Shown in pieces: positions 24,741 to 36,399 of a DNA stretch of 38,080 nt. This DNA is from Welwitschia mirabilis. Its lineage: Eukaryota. The translations under genes and the position numbers were made by a program. Under the pieces are notes generated by a model. That model was not told where the DNA came from, ran no database searches, and worked only from the letters and a program-made list of their open reading frames with translations. The DNA lies in assembly GCA_051453625.1 (NCBI GenBank), contig JBOZIK010000001.1, forward strand, positions 45,321,010-45,359,089. Reading direction: 5' to 3'. Each line of letters opens with the position of its first letter. Position 1 is the first letter of the stretch.

Positions 24741-27700
24741 ATTATTGAAGTTCCAAAACTAGGAGCTTAGTACAGAAAAGGCACCAATAATCCACTATTA
24801 ATCAATCACTTAAAAAGTAAAAACATAAAATCTAAGACTAAAGTCATTTTGGAAGATTTGCAAAGGGCAAGATAAATTAACACTAGGCACTTAGACAAGA
24901 TTCACAAAAAATAGGCCTTTAATCATAGAAAATTTCAGCTAAGAGTGGAGAGACAAGAGCCTCAAAGTAGGACATTTTTGACAAGAAGAGTCTTTGATTC
25001 TTAAAATACATATATCTCAGAAATCTATCTAAAACTTTTAAAGCTTTGCAGATCATAAAATTATTTAACAATCATTATTCTGGTTTTACAAATCTTTTTT
25101 CTGAATTCTCAAAATGTTGGAATAGGAATACATAACTAAGCCACTTTTGCAAATACAAATTATTAATTCAAAACTAAGTAACAGACTTTAAAATAGCATC
25201 ATAATTGACCACTAATAACGTTTTAGAATGAAACTTTTTAAGGGTCTTATCAATGTTTATAATGCAAATCCAAATCAGGTAGGATGATTTAGATTATAAT
25301 AATTGAAAATTCTGTAATCAATGATAAATATGCACAAATCAGATTACAAATTTTAATTGAAGATTTAACCACATACTACTAAATACCCTTACACTGATGA
25401 TATTTTTGCATTGTCTTGATTTCTTCCTTACAACATTAGAAGTAAAAGAATTTAATAATTAGAATTCTTACACGTATAGGATTGCAAAGGATTATAATTC
25501 TTCCTTTTACGAGTTCTTAAGAAAGTAAGAAGATAAACTAGGGCACTTATGTTGATAAAAGAAAGTTTGTAGAGATTGCATTAAATTGAGATGAAAAAGG
25601 AATTGGAGGAATCGTTTACTATTGTTGTACCTTTTTCAAAGAAAGTATGGGCCAAATTTACTAATTGCAAATGCTAGTGAGAATGAATGACACTGTAAAT
25701 AGGAAAAATTAATTCAAACTACAAAAAATGCTAGTATGGTATGAATATTTAACACTAATCTGCTTGAGAACATAAGTACTAAATGTAGCAAAATTTTTAA
25801 AGCTCAAGGTAATGTAATTCCAAGCATAATGAGAATTATTATGTTTAAATTTATTGATAGACATTTTCTAGGGCTTACAAAAATTTCTAACTTTATTAAT
25901 TATTACTAATAGTACCATAAATTTCAATTTTAAGATAAAAATTGAATTAGACAAAAAGATTTAGATTGAAATTAAGGAGATTTAAACTATAATAAAATAA
26001 ATACCCAAATTTTTAAATGTAATGCATGCTGATTTTGAAATAAATCAGAAATACAAAAAGGGTTTTCATAAATCATTAACATCAAAGAGTTAAACTTAGA
26101 TTGACAGACTTTGAATCATCTTCTTGCTTGTCTTCTTTAGTCTTGAATGCATATAATAAAATCTAAATTCCCCCTTTTCTTAGTAGAGAAGAAGTGATTT
26201 AGATACATGTTTTGAATGCTTAAAAACTATGGAAGACAAACAACAATCATTGTAGATAGGTAACAGAAATGTCAGATTTGAGATGAGAGAGCTGTATTTG
26301 CTTTTCAAGGAGACTTGCTTGGTCTAGTTTGATGATGTAATCCGTGTTTGCTTAATCTTTGTCATTTAGTTTGATTTTTACTTTCCTTCTTAAAACTTCA
26401 CTTATAAGATTAGAATATTTATCTGTCTAATGAGGGCTTATCATAATAGAAATTAGTTCCAAGACAAAAATCTCATATTCAACATAGTTTTTACTCAATA
26501 ACTAACATGTATGATGAGTAACATATGTAAATGTTATAGTTAAACCAAGGGAAGAACTAATTCAAGGAGAAATCAAATCAAGTATTTGCTCTTTAATGGC
26601 TTCAAATCAAGACAAGGTTCATGACAATTATAGTTGTTACGTTTGTTAAAAGATGTAAATAACAATTCAAGGGGTCTAAGCCTTATGGAACTGATTGTAT
26701 TTAGTAATGAAGAGCCATGAATCCTATGAAACGACATGATAAATTTTTACCATCATTAAAACAAGGGCAATGAAAGAGTGAAGGGCATGCATGGGACTTG
26801 CACAAGTATACGAAGTCCTTGACAAGCTGGCTTAACCCCCTACTAGTCCCACAAACTGAACCTTAAAGGTAGTATGACTTCCCTAGTTCACAACACCAAA
26901 GTCTTGTGTTTAGCATGAGAAGGTGTTGTTTTAACCATGTCAATGAAGCAATAATTTTTCAACATTAGGCTACTAGATTTTTCTAGTCTTTTTGATACCC
27001 ACTTCACAATTAAGAATTCTATGTAAAGATTCTCATGATTTACTAATAAAAATCTGTTTAAATGAAATTTAAACCATCACAATAGGTTTAGGGTGTTCTA
27101 ACTTTACCATTGCAGTAAGTTAGCCAGGACAATAAAATAGAATACTCTGAATGAAAGCTTAATAAGGCTAATTGATATTTAAAAAATGAAAATTATGGTT
27201 TTATTTTTTTAATAGCCAGACTATTATTATCCATTCTACCATCACCCATTATCTATTTGATAAATTTGTTGTGATAGATCAACCAAAATAATTCTTTCCA
27301 TTAGGTTGTATTTTTTTTATTTCATTGTAGTGCATGTAGTGTTTTAGAATGCAAGCCTTAAAAATTAAGGCCTTTATGGTCTATTAAATAAACCAGGATA
27401 GTAAAAGTAAAATATAGATTGAGATTTCTTATTTAAAGAAAATATAGCCTAGACGTTGATTTATACTTGAGTTGAAGGAAATGCATCCACATATTTGAAA
27501 AAAAATCCAACTTACATTTCCCATGCGTTCACCATTACCTTTTTGATGTGCATTCATTTAAACATCATTCATATTCCTACTTATCTCTAACTCACTACTC
27601 TAGTAAGAAAAACTCTAAAATTTCTTTCTTAAGTAACAAGAGTTATTATTTTAAAGCCTAATAAAAGAAATTCTTAAAGCACAGATGAAATACATGTACA

Positions 27701-27773
27701 CTTTTTCATTAACTTTCTACCTTTGCTTAGTGACTTGAAAGGTTTGTTGTCCCATCACATATAACAAGTAGCA

Positions 27774-27850
27774 AAAAATCATTAACCCTATGGCATACAA
27801 CCACCTAAAAATCATTAATCCCATAGTATACAACCACCCAAAAAACCACT
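27774..27850. repeat. 33-bp tandem repeat, 2 units plus a partial third
   Basis: aaaaatcattaaccctatggcatacaaccacct / aaaaatcattaatcccatagtatacaaccaccc / aaaaaaccact. Confidence 0.8.
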
Positions 27851-28239
27851 GAACGTTAGGACATAACATATGGGAATAGAAAGAAGTAAAAGATATTTTA
27901 CCATGATGCGTGGTGTACATGGTGGGTTATTTGAAATGGTCCCAAGGCCTTCAACATAAGGTACAACAACCATGCACTAACCAGCAGCTATCCCTGTGCA
28001 ATTTCAGCAAAAACAATAGTAGATTAAAACGGTTAATTTATATTACATAAAAGGAATGTAGAAAAACACACGTGATTTTATTAGTAGAAGTCATTTTTGC
28101 ATGTTCTATACAAATAACGTATATCCAGAGGAGCATCCCATTTCTGTTATTGCCTGCTTATTTCCAGGCTTCAAAATGAAATTCAAATACGAAGGAAAAG
28201 ATCAGATGGATCCGCAGGGGATTCCATCGCCCAAGAATA

Positions 28240-28954
28240 GCACCTTCAGCAGCATTCCGCGGCAAGAAAATTCTCTCAACCAATTCATTCTCTGCTCTCC
28301 GACGAAATAGCCGTGCGTGACGAGCCAAAAGAAGCAAAGAGAGCAGCGCGGAACGAAGGGCAAGAAGGGAAAGGAAGGGAAGCGTCTGTCTGCTAAAATA
28401 ATTCCAAGACAATGTTGAACGAAGGCGACATGAAGGCCGGACTGGAGTGTCTAGTCTGCCTTACCTTTTTTGCTTTAGCTTTGCTTTAGCAGAGAGGCAA
28501 ATTGATTCATGTCGGTTCATCATTCCAGTTTGAGCTCTTCATTTGTCCTTTTTATGTACTTGATATTGATCTTGTTTTTTGTGCCCTGTCCTTGCCTGGG
28601 AGTTCGTTCGGCTCGAATCTCAAGTCTTTCCTTGCATTAGCGTTATCTCTGCACAGTCATACACTTGCCTGCTTGCTCCGGGAGGAAGACTTTATTCCCT
28701 TTCAAGAGGCATCTCCATTTCTGATTCCGTTTCTGGTCTCTTATTATTTATCATTTCTTGATTCGGAATCCGTCTCTGGTCCTCAATTTCGGACAAAATC
28801 TGTCTCTTCTGATTCTTCGTTGTCCGTTTTATGTAGATTTTATGTCCTTTGTTTTTGTTCTGGTCTAGCTTATGCATGTGATCGCCGATAGAACAAAAGC
28901 TTTTGCTTGTGGATTGATTAATTCGATCTTCTTCTGCTAAATGTTGTAGTTTTC
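28240..28954 (+). promoter_or_regulatory. Promoter/5' UTR region of the WD40 gene with a probable 5' UTR intron ending at 28949
   Basis: CpG dinucleotides reappear. A GA-rich stretch is followed by a T-rich one; gctaa...ttgtag (AG 28948-28949) lies 5 nt before the ATG. Donor site not identified. Confidence 0.5.
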
Positions 28955-30229
28955 ATGAGAAGGCTGATGTTAGAATCTGAACAAAGAAGAGGTTCAGGCA
29001 TGGATGGAGCTGGCGACGATGCCGAGGGTCAGTTTGCTGAATCTCAAGAGGAGACTGCGTTGCCAGGAAGAAAGCCGGGTAAACTTGGAAGAGAGGAGAT
29101 CTCAGATTCGAAGGGGAACTACGATATTTGGAAGCAAATACCTGACAGCATTCAAGAACGACGTCAACGTTTCTTCCATGGCATAGGCCTTGCAGATGCC
29201 AAGGAAAGCTCGTATTCTTCTGAAACTAAACATTCTGCTTATTCCGACGTTGCTGGATCGCAGAGCCTAGTTCTTGAGAATTCTAATGATAATTACAGGG
29301 CCGTTCTCAGGACACCTACAGGATCGGATATCCTTCCTTCATCAAGAAGCCAGAAGAACGATACAATGATTGATGGAACAGATGAATCTATCCCTTCAAA
29401 CATATCTTGCCACTCTATAAAGCAGACCAACGATTACACATCTCCATCCATATTTGATAGCAGAAGAGAACCTTCACTGAGAATTAAGAATTTGGACAAT
29501 GGCAAGGAATATATAGTCGAAGAAGGAAACTGCAACATGGTAAGAGAAGCTAACGCAGATAAAGAAATCAGCATTGAAGAGTTCGAAAAGTCCATTGGAC
29601 GATCAGCTATTGTGTCGAAGCACCTGCAGCGGGAAATTACAATAGATAATACATGCGATGAGACGGACACTTTGTCGAAGAAGAAGAATCGTTGGCTGAA
29701 ACATTTGATGATATCTTCTAAATCTTTCAGTCTGCCCAGTAGTGAGGGCTCAGACAGAAGCTGCCGCAATTCCGAGAAATTTGATGTTTCTCCTGAAACG
29801 CAAATGCCACGAAGAATCAAAGTATGTTACCACAAAAAGACCTATAAGGAGTTCAGTGCAATGTTCTTGGGCCAGCAGATAAAGGCCCATGAAGGTGCGA
29901 TTTGGACGATGAAGTTCAGTTTGGATGGGAGGTTTCTTGCCTCGGCTGGCCACGATCGTATCATTCATATAAGAGAAGTGACAGAATCAAAGAGTAGTTT
30001 TGAAGCTTCTGGTTTAAATGGAGAAAACTTTTTTCCCACCGGAGATGCATCTACTCCTGAGGATGATCTCAACAAAAAGAACATGGGGAAGCACAAGGCA
30101 CGCAAAAAGAGCTCTAAATGCGATTTTATAGTACTTCCTAAAAAGGTTTTTCATCTTTCTGAAGTGCCCTTGTGTTCCTTCAGCGGTCACCAAGACGACA
30201 TCTTGGATCTCTCATGGTCTCAATCGCAG
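28955..30229 (+). CDS. WDR44: WD40-repeat protein, plant WDR44-like family, coding exon 1
   Basis: 425 open codons with family motifs YDIWKQIPDSIQERRQRFF, RIKNLDNGKEYIVEE, KEFSAMFLGQQIKAHEGAIWTMKFSLDGRFLASAGHD, FSGHQDDILDLSWS; donor CAG|GTGAGT, phase 0. The symbol indicates family resemblance, not proven orthology. Confidence 0.93.
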
Positions 30230-30619
30230 GTGAGTACATGATAGGGGAAAATGTTAGAGTAGCACTAGAGAAAACAATTAAGGCGCACCTTAATATAATA
30301 CCGTTTTGAGACGTCCAAGTACTCTAAGCTTTCGCGGAATGCACTTATAGAACAAGGAAGTATGCTTTCGACAGAAACCATCTCAGAGTTCAGGCAATTT
30401 CCTCTTCCCCCCCTCCCGCTTCCTTTCATGGCTTAAACCTGTGGGTTATCCAATAGGATTTAGCACGTCAAAGACAACCAGCAATTGCAAGCTACAAAAT
30501 TTTATTTGCTTTCTAAAATATGAAGTCTAAATTGTATTCTTGACAAAATAATGTTTACATTCAAAGATCGTTGCGTTGGCAAAAAGGAAACCAACACAAA
30601 AAAAGAAAAAAGAAAAGAC

Positions 30620-30659
<40 letters not shown>
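30620..30659. repeat. (GA)n microsatellite in intron 1
   Basis: About 19 GA units with one interruption (gagaaagaga). Confidence 0.95.
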
Positions 30660-30911
30660 GGGTGTCGGAGAGGGGAGGGGGGTTCTTGGGAGCTTATGAC
30701 ACCGTAAAACTACTTGCTGCCTAACACTTAACATAAATGTTATTTGCAAAGAGAGAATTGCACTGCAAAAAATCATGTTTGCTTTTTAGAAATTGAGATT
30801 TGTTTCATGTTTTGGAGTAACAATAGATTAGAATACATGCCTGTCGTGATGTCACTTTGCTAGCCTACTTTAGTAGTTTTTCCTTATGTTATTCTCTTGC
30901 TCTTCTTACAG

Positions 30912-31002
30912 TATTTGCTTTCTGCGTCAATGGATAAAACAGTTCGACTTTGGCATGTAGGGAACCAAACTTGTTTAAGGACCTTCCATCACAAAGACAT
31001 TG
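30912..31002 (+). CDS. WDR44: WDR44-like coding exon 2
   Basis: ttcttacag|YLLSASMDKTVRLWHVGNQTCLRTFHHKDI+G|gtaagc; 91 nt, ends phase 1. Confidence 0.93.
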
Positions 31003-31112
31003 GTAAGCTACCTAATAGCCCAGTTATTTTTATACGCTCTTTAAAAGCTACTGCTATATCTGTTGCCATCAAACCATGCTTTTGACCAGAGTATTTTCAT
31101 TGTTGAGAACAG

Positions 31113-31270
31113 TTACCTCAATACAGTTCAATCCTGTTGATGATGGATACTTTATAAGTGGTTCCTTAGATAAAAAGGTTCGAATATGGAATGTTCCTGA
31201 TTGCCATGTCGTTGACTGGACTGGTCTTCGGGAAATGGTCACAGCAGTTAGCTACACACCAAATGGAAAG
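31113..31270 (+). CDS. WDR44: WDR44-like coding exon 3
   Basis: aacag|(V)TSIQFNPVDDGYFISGSLDKKVRIWNVPDCHVVDWTGLREMVTAVSYTPNGK|gttggt; 158 nt, phases consistent with neighbours. Confidence 0.92.
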
Positions 31271-31350
31271 GTTGGTGTCTTAACATTTTGTCATGAAGGC
31301 GTTAGAGGATTCCAACTGCATACTGAATCACTGATTATATCTGAAACCAG

Positions 31351-31402
31351 GGAGCAGCTGTTGGGACAAGTAATGGGAATTGTCGGTTCTACAGCATTTC
31401 AG
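31351..31402 (+). CDS. WDR44: WDR44-like coding exon 4 (gene incomplete in window)
   Basis: aaccag|GAAVGTSNGNCRFYSIS+G|gtacct; 52 nt; matches the GAxVGxxxGxCRFY strand expected after PxGK. Confidence 0.88.
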
Positions 31403-33215
31403 GTACCTTGATTCATTGTCATTAAAAGTTTGTGCAATGCTCGTATAAACTTAATTACATGTGCAATGCTCGTTGAAAAATTGTTTGTCCTTGAAGGATT
31501 TGTTTGAAGATCAGTCAACATGATGTATCTCAAATAGTGTATTACAATTTATATTATAGCTTAAACATTCCTAAGCAGACTCTATTTCTTGGAGATTTGT
31601 TCGACAAGATCCTTGATGGAAATGCTTCGTAGTAAGACTGAATTTTATTGGAAGTTAGTTGCTACCAATTAATTGACTACCTCTAATCACAATGATATTT
31701 GGCTCAACTACTACAATTCAATTGTGGAATTTGACTTATGAAAGAAAGAGATGAAAAATATGATTTTGATGGAAATATAGACAACAAGTGATAACGTTAT
31801 CTAACTACTGAAAATTTTGTCAAGATGCAGAAGGAAAGATTTTATTGTCAATAGACAGATAAAATAGCATGCCATGAAATGGGCTATGAAACGATTATGA
31901 GATCTCATTCTAGATTGAGACNNNNNNNNNNNNNNNNNNNNNNNNNNNNNNNNNNNNNNNNNNNNNNNNNNNNNNNNNNNNNNNNNNNNNNNNNNNNNNN
32001 NNNNNNNNNNNNNNNNNNNNNNNNNNNNNGATGTGTTAGAGTTATGAGCCAACGTATGACCTATATGACCAGTTGTATGATGGTACAACCCACCTTAATG
32101 ACTATATGAGCAAACTTTACTAGGTAAGTCCTCTATGACTACAACCACACAATGGTATGACCCAGGTGAATGGCCTACAGAACCAAAGCTCAAGGGTTGC
32201 GGCAAGTACACCAAGATAAATGCTTGCATGAGCAGCTTCACAAGGTATGGAGAGATGATATAGACTTTTGATTTTTCTTTCTTTCTTTTTTTTTTAAATN
32301 NNNNNNNNNNNNNNNNNNNNNNNNNNNNNNNNNNNNNNNNNNNNNNNNNNNNNNNNNNNNNNNNNNNNNNNNNNNNNNNNNNNNNNNNNNNNNNNNNNNT
32401 TCTTTCTTTTTTTTTTAAATAAATTTTAGTACAAAAGGAGAAACTTACATCTCAAAACATAGAAAACTGAAAGCTAATCATCTCATTCAAAATTTGGAAT
32501 TTGAAACATTATAAAAACTTATCTTGAAATTTGCAGTTAGCTTAAAATCTCCACCAAAGGGGAAATTTTAATGGAAAAGATAAGCCAACTTTATGGATCT
32601 TCAATCTCCTTTACATCCCTGTTTTCAAGAAGTTAATTCATCTAAAACTCTACCATGCTAACTAGGTTCCTTGGTTTGCTGCTGACATCCCTATTGAATT
32701 CTAAGAATGAAAATGAACAACTTAAGATGTATGACTAATATAACAGTATTACGTGTAGATATAGGTGTATGAATAATTGTTTGTAGAAAGATCCCATAAG
32801 ACTTGCCAAAGAAAGGGAAAAATATTCAGTGAAAAACACTGATTTTTAAATTGACATTTATGAAATGGTGCACTAGTGTTTAACAATTAACCATGAATGG
32901 TACATAAAAATATAGGTCTACTAAAACGCCTCTACTAGAACACGATCATCACCATCAAAGAGATTACTAGGAGAGGGGTCACATCACTAGGGATAGTGAC
33001 TTCATTCTGCAACACCTAAAGAAGAAGTGTACATTAAAATCGATAGTATAAGAGATGTGGGAAAGTGGTTGAGGCATGCAACTAGGTACATAGCATGCCA
33101 ATACCTTACACTACAACAAAAAGCAGAGATGGAAAAGTGGGAGGTGGCCTAGCTATATCTGTTTTTCCATGTGGTACATGGTGGAGTAAGAGATGTAATG
33201 GAGGTGACCAATCCT

Positions 33216-33358
33216 CCATTTAGAGCGATTTCAAAAGTGAGTTCTCCAATAGGTTGAATCTTAATCTTTTCATTGTAGATTGACTCCCATTTGGAGAGAT
33301 TTCAAACACAAGTTCTCCAATAGGTTGATTCTCAGTTTTTTTCATTTTAGATTGACTC
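33216..33358. repeat. 71-bp tandem duplication (2 diverged units)
   Basis: gttctccaataggttga occurs at 33241 and 33312; both units end tagattgactcc. Confidence 0.85.
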
Positions 33359-36300
33359 CTTATGGTTGTTTCTCAAGAAAATGACACTATGGAGGAATGC
33401 TATAAGAGGTATTCTAGCACTTACAGAATCTACTCAATGCCAATTTTGACGAGGTGGTGGAGTACATAAAAGGCCTTCAAGCAAATCTGCACCTTAAGTG
33501 TGGGCATGCATGCCTCATAAATAATGATGTTGTTGAAGGATTTCTTGCTTACATGGCATAAAATCTCTTACATGTGTACTTCAAGGTGGCTTTGAAGTGT
33601 TGGAAGGACTTCTAGTAGACATGTATAACCTTCGCTTTCTCATCATTGAAGGCTATACAACAGTGCATGTTGGAAGGTAAGGTACTTTATGCACTTGCTC
33701 ATCTTCAATAACTCGATGTACCTAATCTATAAGAGGGCACAAAAGAAGAAGGGAGAGAAGGAGGAAAGGCTAGGGAATTTTCGATTGGTCATAAAGGATT
33801 CAAATGTTGGATATACTATTGATGAAGACATCATAGAATCTTAAGGGATTCCATAGGACATTTGAGCTAAGGGGAAGGCTTATAGAGGAAACCCTTAGGA
33901 AAATGTTAAGAGTGTGGTCAATGTCCATGTGAACAACATGACTTGATGAATATAGTTGAGAACAAAAGGAAGGGTGCATCAACACCACCATGGTGTTGAT
34001 TATCAGGAATCTCATAGAGGATGCCTCAAGGATGGGGGTGACAGAGGCATTATTAGGAATGGAGGTAGGTAAAGTAGAAACTTTGAATTTGGGAGAGGAG
34101 GGAAGTGAATGGTATATAGATGGGATGGGAGGCATTCGCATTAGCCATAGGACTAGCTGAATCTCTTGTCAAGCTCATATAATGAGTTGGGTAGCATCCA
34201 CTATACGGTTTGGCTTTGCATAAGGTTTTACATCCACAACATCTTTTTTATTGTCATCATCAATTCCCACCTCCTAAGAGAGATAAAATGTTGGTAACAC
34301 TTATGACATAAGCAATATAGTAACAATACCCTAGATAGAGATGTAGGAAAAGGCTGACACATTGTGGAGGTTGCTAGCCAAGGGGTTTCTAATGTTGAAG
34401 AATTTCTCTCATCCCACTATGATTTTCACGGACAATACAAGGAGAATTGGAGTTCTCGATCGACGCTCTGTTGTGCGGAGCAGAAGACGAAGAGCTCTTA
34501 CAATCAAAGAGGAAATTACAGTTCCTTCCAATATGCTCAGAAATGAGAGGAACTTGCATTTCTTGTTATGCACGGTTAACCAAGGACACTAGAACCATAG
34601 TGGACTTATACTTAAACTCACTGCTTGCTTTGGCAACCAAAGCACTCTTCAAAGTTCAAATGCCAACACTTTATAGTGAGATAGTTGTAAAGATCATCTA
34701 CTTAATTTAGTTTAGATTAGCTTACTCTACACACATGGTGAGTCAAGATTTAAACTGAATTAGGGATGGGATACAACTCTCTCCACCTGATGAAATATGA
34801 CAAACCTCATTTCGTATAAGATTTTGACCTATTCCCTTTCATTTCACCACAACCACTATAGTGTTAGATCATGTAGTCTGTGAAGAAAAAATATCCTTCA
34901 GTCTACAAGTTTCTTAATCTCCTTGTCAAAGACATGATCATTACCATACAAACCTTAAGAATGGTATACAGATCCCATCCATCATAACCCACGATAATGC
35001 TTCTACAAGAAGGCCTTTTATGCCTTGTTATACATGAAAGAATAACAGTATGCAACATTGTCCCAATTAGGAAACCTAAGTGTTGGAAGGCTCCATAAGA
35101 AACCCATGCAATCAATCATGTTGGAAAGAGTGTGGTGTTAGAAAAACTTAGGATCCTCTTATGTGTCAAGTTGTTGATAGCTTCTAAAAGACTAGGTGCA
35201 CTAGCCACACAAAAAAGGAGTTGCTATGCAACAAGGATTCTCAATGGAGCAGTGAATTACAACCAATGTTGGAGGTCCAAATCTTTATTAATCATTTGCA
35301 AAAGCCAAAAATAAACTTTGGTTTCTTCAGAGGTTCAAATCTATGTTAACCGTAAGAAAATGCAAGATAATTGAGATGATTGAAGCTGTTTCTGAAGTGC
35401 CTCAACTAAAACAAATTTGTCCTTTGACAAGGTGGTGTTATGGTGGTGACCTAAGCAATAAAGATGATGTTTTGTAGTCATTTTGAGTCTCCAAGTTCAT
35501 CATGTAAACAAATCAACTCCTAGTCTCAATATTGATGTTACTCTAATTATCAAACAACAAGTCCTTCTTGGAAGGCTTAAATCTTAATCACTTCGTCATT
35601 TCCCTTTCTAGGCACTTGCAAATGATGTTCTTCTATGAAACTTTTGAGCTTTCATTTGTAACCAATCTTCTTCTCCACTTCTCTACTTTTAAATTGTTTT
35701 ATTTAGCAATTCAAGGCTTTCCTTGAATTCATAGGAGTGAATTTGTGATCTTGCCACTTTTCCCTTTTACAATTTTTAAGTGGTCAAAAGGGTTGACACT
35801 AATCCTTTATAGTCTGATTTTTATAACTTTGAGAATAAAGCCATAATGGCCACATGGCACATTCCTTGTTTGAACTATGCTCACAACATCATACTACGTA
35901 CATATGGGTACTGTTGATACATATGTATGCGGCATAAGGCTAGCGTGCAAGGTTACGCTTTCCATGGTTCTCACTGATTTGTTGATCTCGAAAACATCGA
36001 CATCATTTTTAGTTATTAATAGAGATTGAAACTCTTAAGCTTTGTGCTTGAAGTTTGAGACTTGAGTAGGATGGAGTAGTGCCTCTCTTATCTAAGCCAC
36101 CATAAAATTTGTTTTGACTTTAGATGATTTGTTTGTGTCTTTCAATATTGTATATTTACTTTTATTTCTAATGCATTACTCAAAAAAGGTTATAAACTAA
36201 AAATTTTATTTCAACAAAATCTGTTATTCTATTGGATTTCATATTGTTTTTGAAGAATTAATAATTGTTTTGAAGTAAATTTTCCTACTGAATTTGAAGT

Positions 36301-36399
36301 TTCATTTGAAATTCTTTGCCATTCTATTCAACCTTACTTTAAGGTTCTAATCCCCATATTTCAAGCCCTATAGGGCATGATAGACAAGTTGGCATAAAC

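Larger units (their letters stand above)
313..32399. other. Nine assembly gaps: 313-412, 2825-2904, 8458-9208, 11197-11536, 16517-16616, 17155-17254, 21770-21869, 31922-32029, 32300-32399
   Basis: N-runs seen directly; five are exactly 100 N. Confidence 0.98.

Noticed and set aside
26986-27000. Possible decayed tRNA-iMet PBS (ttttgataccc)
   Set aside because: Short match with a transversion and no adjacent TG/CA LTR terminus.
27774-27850. CRISPR-like array
   Set aside because: Units are directly adjacent with no unique spacers, there are no cas genes, and the context is eukaryotic.
28101-28891. Short ORFs upstream of the WD40 gene as separate genes
   Set aside because: Low-complexity L/S/F/R-rich translations of UTR/intron-like DNA; several lack an ATG start.
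29434-29968. Minus-strand ORFs overlapping exon 1
   Set aside because: Antisense shadows of a real coding exon.
33360-35320. Possible minus-strand gypsy gag/integrase remnants
   Set aside because: Only faint resemblance; no motif clear enough to call a feature.
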